From contig CM000208.1 of NCBI GenBank assembly GCA_000002445.1, positions 3,008,001 to 3,072,000 on the forward strand: 64,000 bases of DNA, given 5' to 3'. The notes beneath the pieces were generated by a model. The model was given only the letters and a program-made list of their open reading frames with translations, did no database searches and was not told the DNA's origin. Shown piece after piece: positions 62,837-64,000 of this stretch. The stretch's first letter is position 1; each line of letters begins with the position of its first letter. The DNA comes from Trypanosoma brucei. Taxonomy: Eukaryota. Made by a program: the position numbers and the translations under genes.

Positions 62837-63621
62837 TTATTAATGCAGAAGCGGGCAGTACAAGGCTCTATCAATGGAGAAGATGAGATCTATTAGTGAA
62901 AAAAAACTAGATGACCCTATATATATATACTCTATTAAAATAAAAGGGACCACCCTCGGATTACCTGGAATTTCTCACTGTGTAAGAACTCGAAACAAAA
63001 AGGGCGTGAGTGCTCCAAACCGCTACCCTCTTCACAATCTAATTCTACCACCCCCGTTGGTGCTAACAAACTGAGCCCTTGTGGAGTAGAGCAGAACGAA
63101 AAGAAAGTGGGGAAAAAGATGTTTGGAACAATCGTAGGAGTAACCTTTGTTACACTCAGGAAGAATGGGGAGATCCAACGAAGTAGGACCTTTGCTTGCA
63201 CTTTCTCCGATAGCGCATCTCTCCTTTCGTTACTCACGCTCCCTATTTTATCTCCTTCCTCAGCGATCGTTTTTCTTCAGGTGGCCATCAAAACAGAATG
63301 CACACTGCGCTAGGGTCTGGGAACCGTGGTCCAATAACCGTAACACCCACACTCGCTCCACGCGGCAACCGAACAAGGTCCGCGGTGGGGATAATTACCA
63401 TCTTACGGGTGGTAGTAGCAACACTTCCCACTTTATTACTTCTAATAGAGACTATGGGATAACCCCACCGAAGCCGATCCCTACGTAAGCATAACTATAC
63501 AACAGAGAACCCCCTCTCGACCGCCCACACGTTGCAACAGCCATTCAAGAATGGCTCTGTAACCTGGTGCACGCGTGACCCCCCCCCCCACGTGAGTTCA
63601 CTTCTCGCCCACCGCTGTCTT

Positions 63622-64000
63622 TTAGTTGACATTTGTGCTTATCCCTACGGGTGCGAGTGTTGGCTTCGGCGGCACCAACGACAGCTTCCCTTCCGTATCT
63701 TTCTGGCACTGTTCATCCAGCCAGTGCTTCCTTTGAGTCTGTACCTCGAGTTCGCGGCGGCGCACCGCCAGCATCGCAGCCTTCCGCCGCCACCAGGAAA
63801 AGTTTTCGTAGAAGAATCGATCCTCCAGGTGGAAATCCTCCGTCTGCCCACCGTTACTCCAGGGCGCACCGATTGGCGCATTCGCATAGGGCCAGAAACG
63901 AATCCCCGTCTGGTCCATGAGGCACGTGCGCCACTCCCACTCTTCATCACGACAAAAAAAAAGTGCCCGTGCCGGCTCCGTCATGTGGCATTTCAACAAC
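63622..64000 (-). CDS. Partial CDS with its 5' end outside the window: C-terminal 125 codons of a hypothetical protein (...WPYANAPIGAPWSNGGQTEDFHLEDRFFYENFSWWRRKAAMLAVRRRELEVQTQRKHWLDEQCQKDTEGKLSLVPPKPTLAPVGISTNVN)
   Basis: The minus-strand frame is open from the window edge (the first codon is TTG, not ATG, so the leading 'M' in the track is an artefact) to the stop at 63622. Orientation is consistent with the polycistron. Confidence 0.45.
   Translation of the reverse strand, partial: LLKCHMTEPARALFFCRDEEWEWRTCLMDQTGIRFWPYANAPIGAPWSNGGQTEDFHLEDRFFYENFSWWRRKAAMLAVRRRELEVQTQRKHWLDEQCQKDTEGKLSLVPPKPTLAPVGISTNVN

Overview
The window reads as a 64-kb stretch of a kinetoplastid (Trypanosoma brucei-like) nuclear chromosome. 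It is a single unidirectional polycistronic gene cluster. I support about 23 protein-coding genes, all on the minus strand, with no introns. I could not recognise any tRNA, rRNA or CRISPR feature, and there is no strand switch. The genes are separated by 0.3 to 4.4 kb of strongly purine/pyrimidine-skewed, microsatellite-rich spacer, which is typical of trypanosome UTRs and trans-splicing/polyadenylation regions.

Genes I recognise:
- ribosomal protein L34e
- pyruvate dehydrogenase E1-alpha
- HSP110
- a tandem array of four CCCH zinc-finger RNA-binding-protein paralogs, three ending in an HNPY (MKT1-binding-type) motif
- a protein fusing a choline-phosphate cytidylyltransferase domain to an N-terminal CDP-alcohol-phosphotransferase-like membrane domain
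- a 1033-aa protein built from four tandem phytochelatin-synthase-like (papain-fold) repeats
- a Naa50-like GNAT acetyltransferase
- a mitochondrial carrier
- a Myb/telobox TRF-like telomere-binding factor
- a PIH1/Kintoun-like dynein assembly factor
- a large beta-helix-repeat protein
- a SET-domain methyltransferase
- a prolyl-tRNA synthetase with a YbaK editing domain and an in-frame presequence-like N-terminal extension
- a LYR-motif protein

There are several large orphan ORFs. One partial minus-strand ORF at positions 1-593 has no stop in the window and is absent from the supplied ORF track.

The points most worth a second look:
- the mosaic, gene-conversion-like duplication inside the zinc-finger array
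- the apparently catalytically degenerate phosphotransferase domain fused to the cytidylyltransferase
- the four-repeat phytochelatin-synthase-like protein
- the alternative N-termini that may drive dual localisation

The synteny HSP110 / ZC3H array / CCT / MCP carrier / TRF / ProRS matches what I remember of T. brucei chromosome 10. That is recollection, not a database check.
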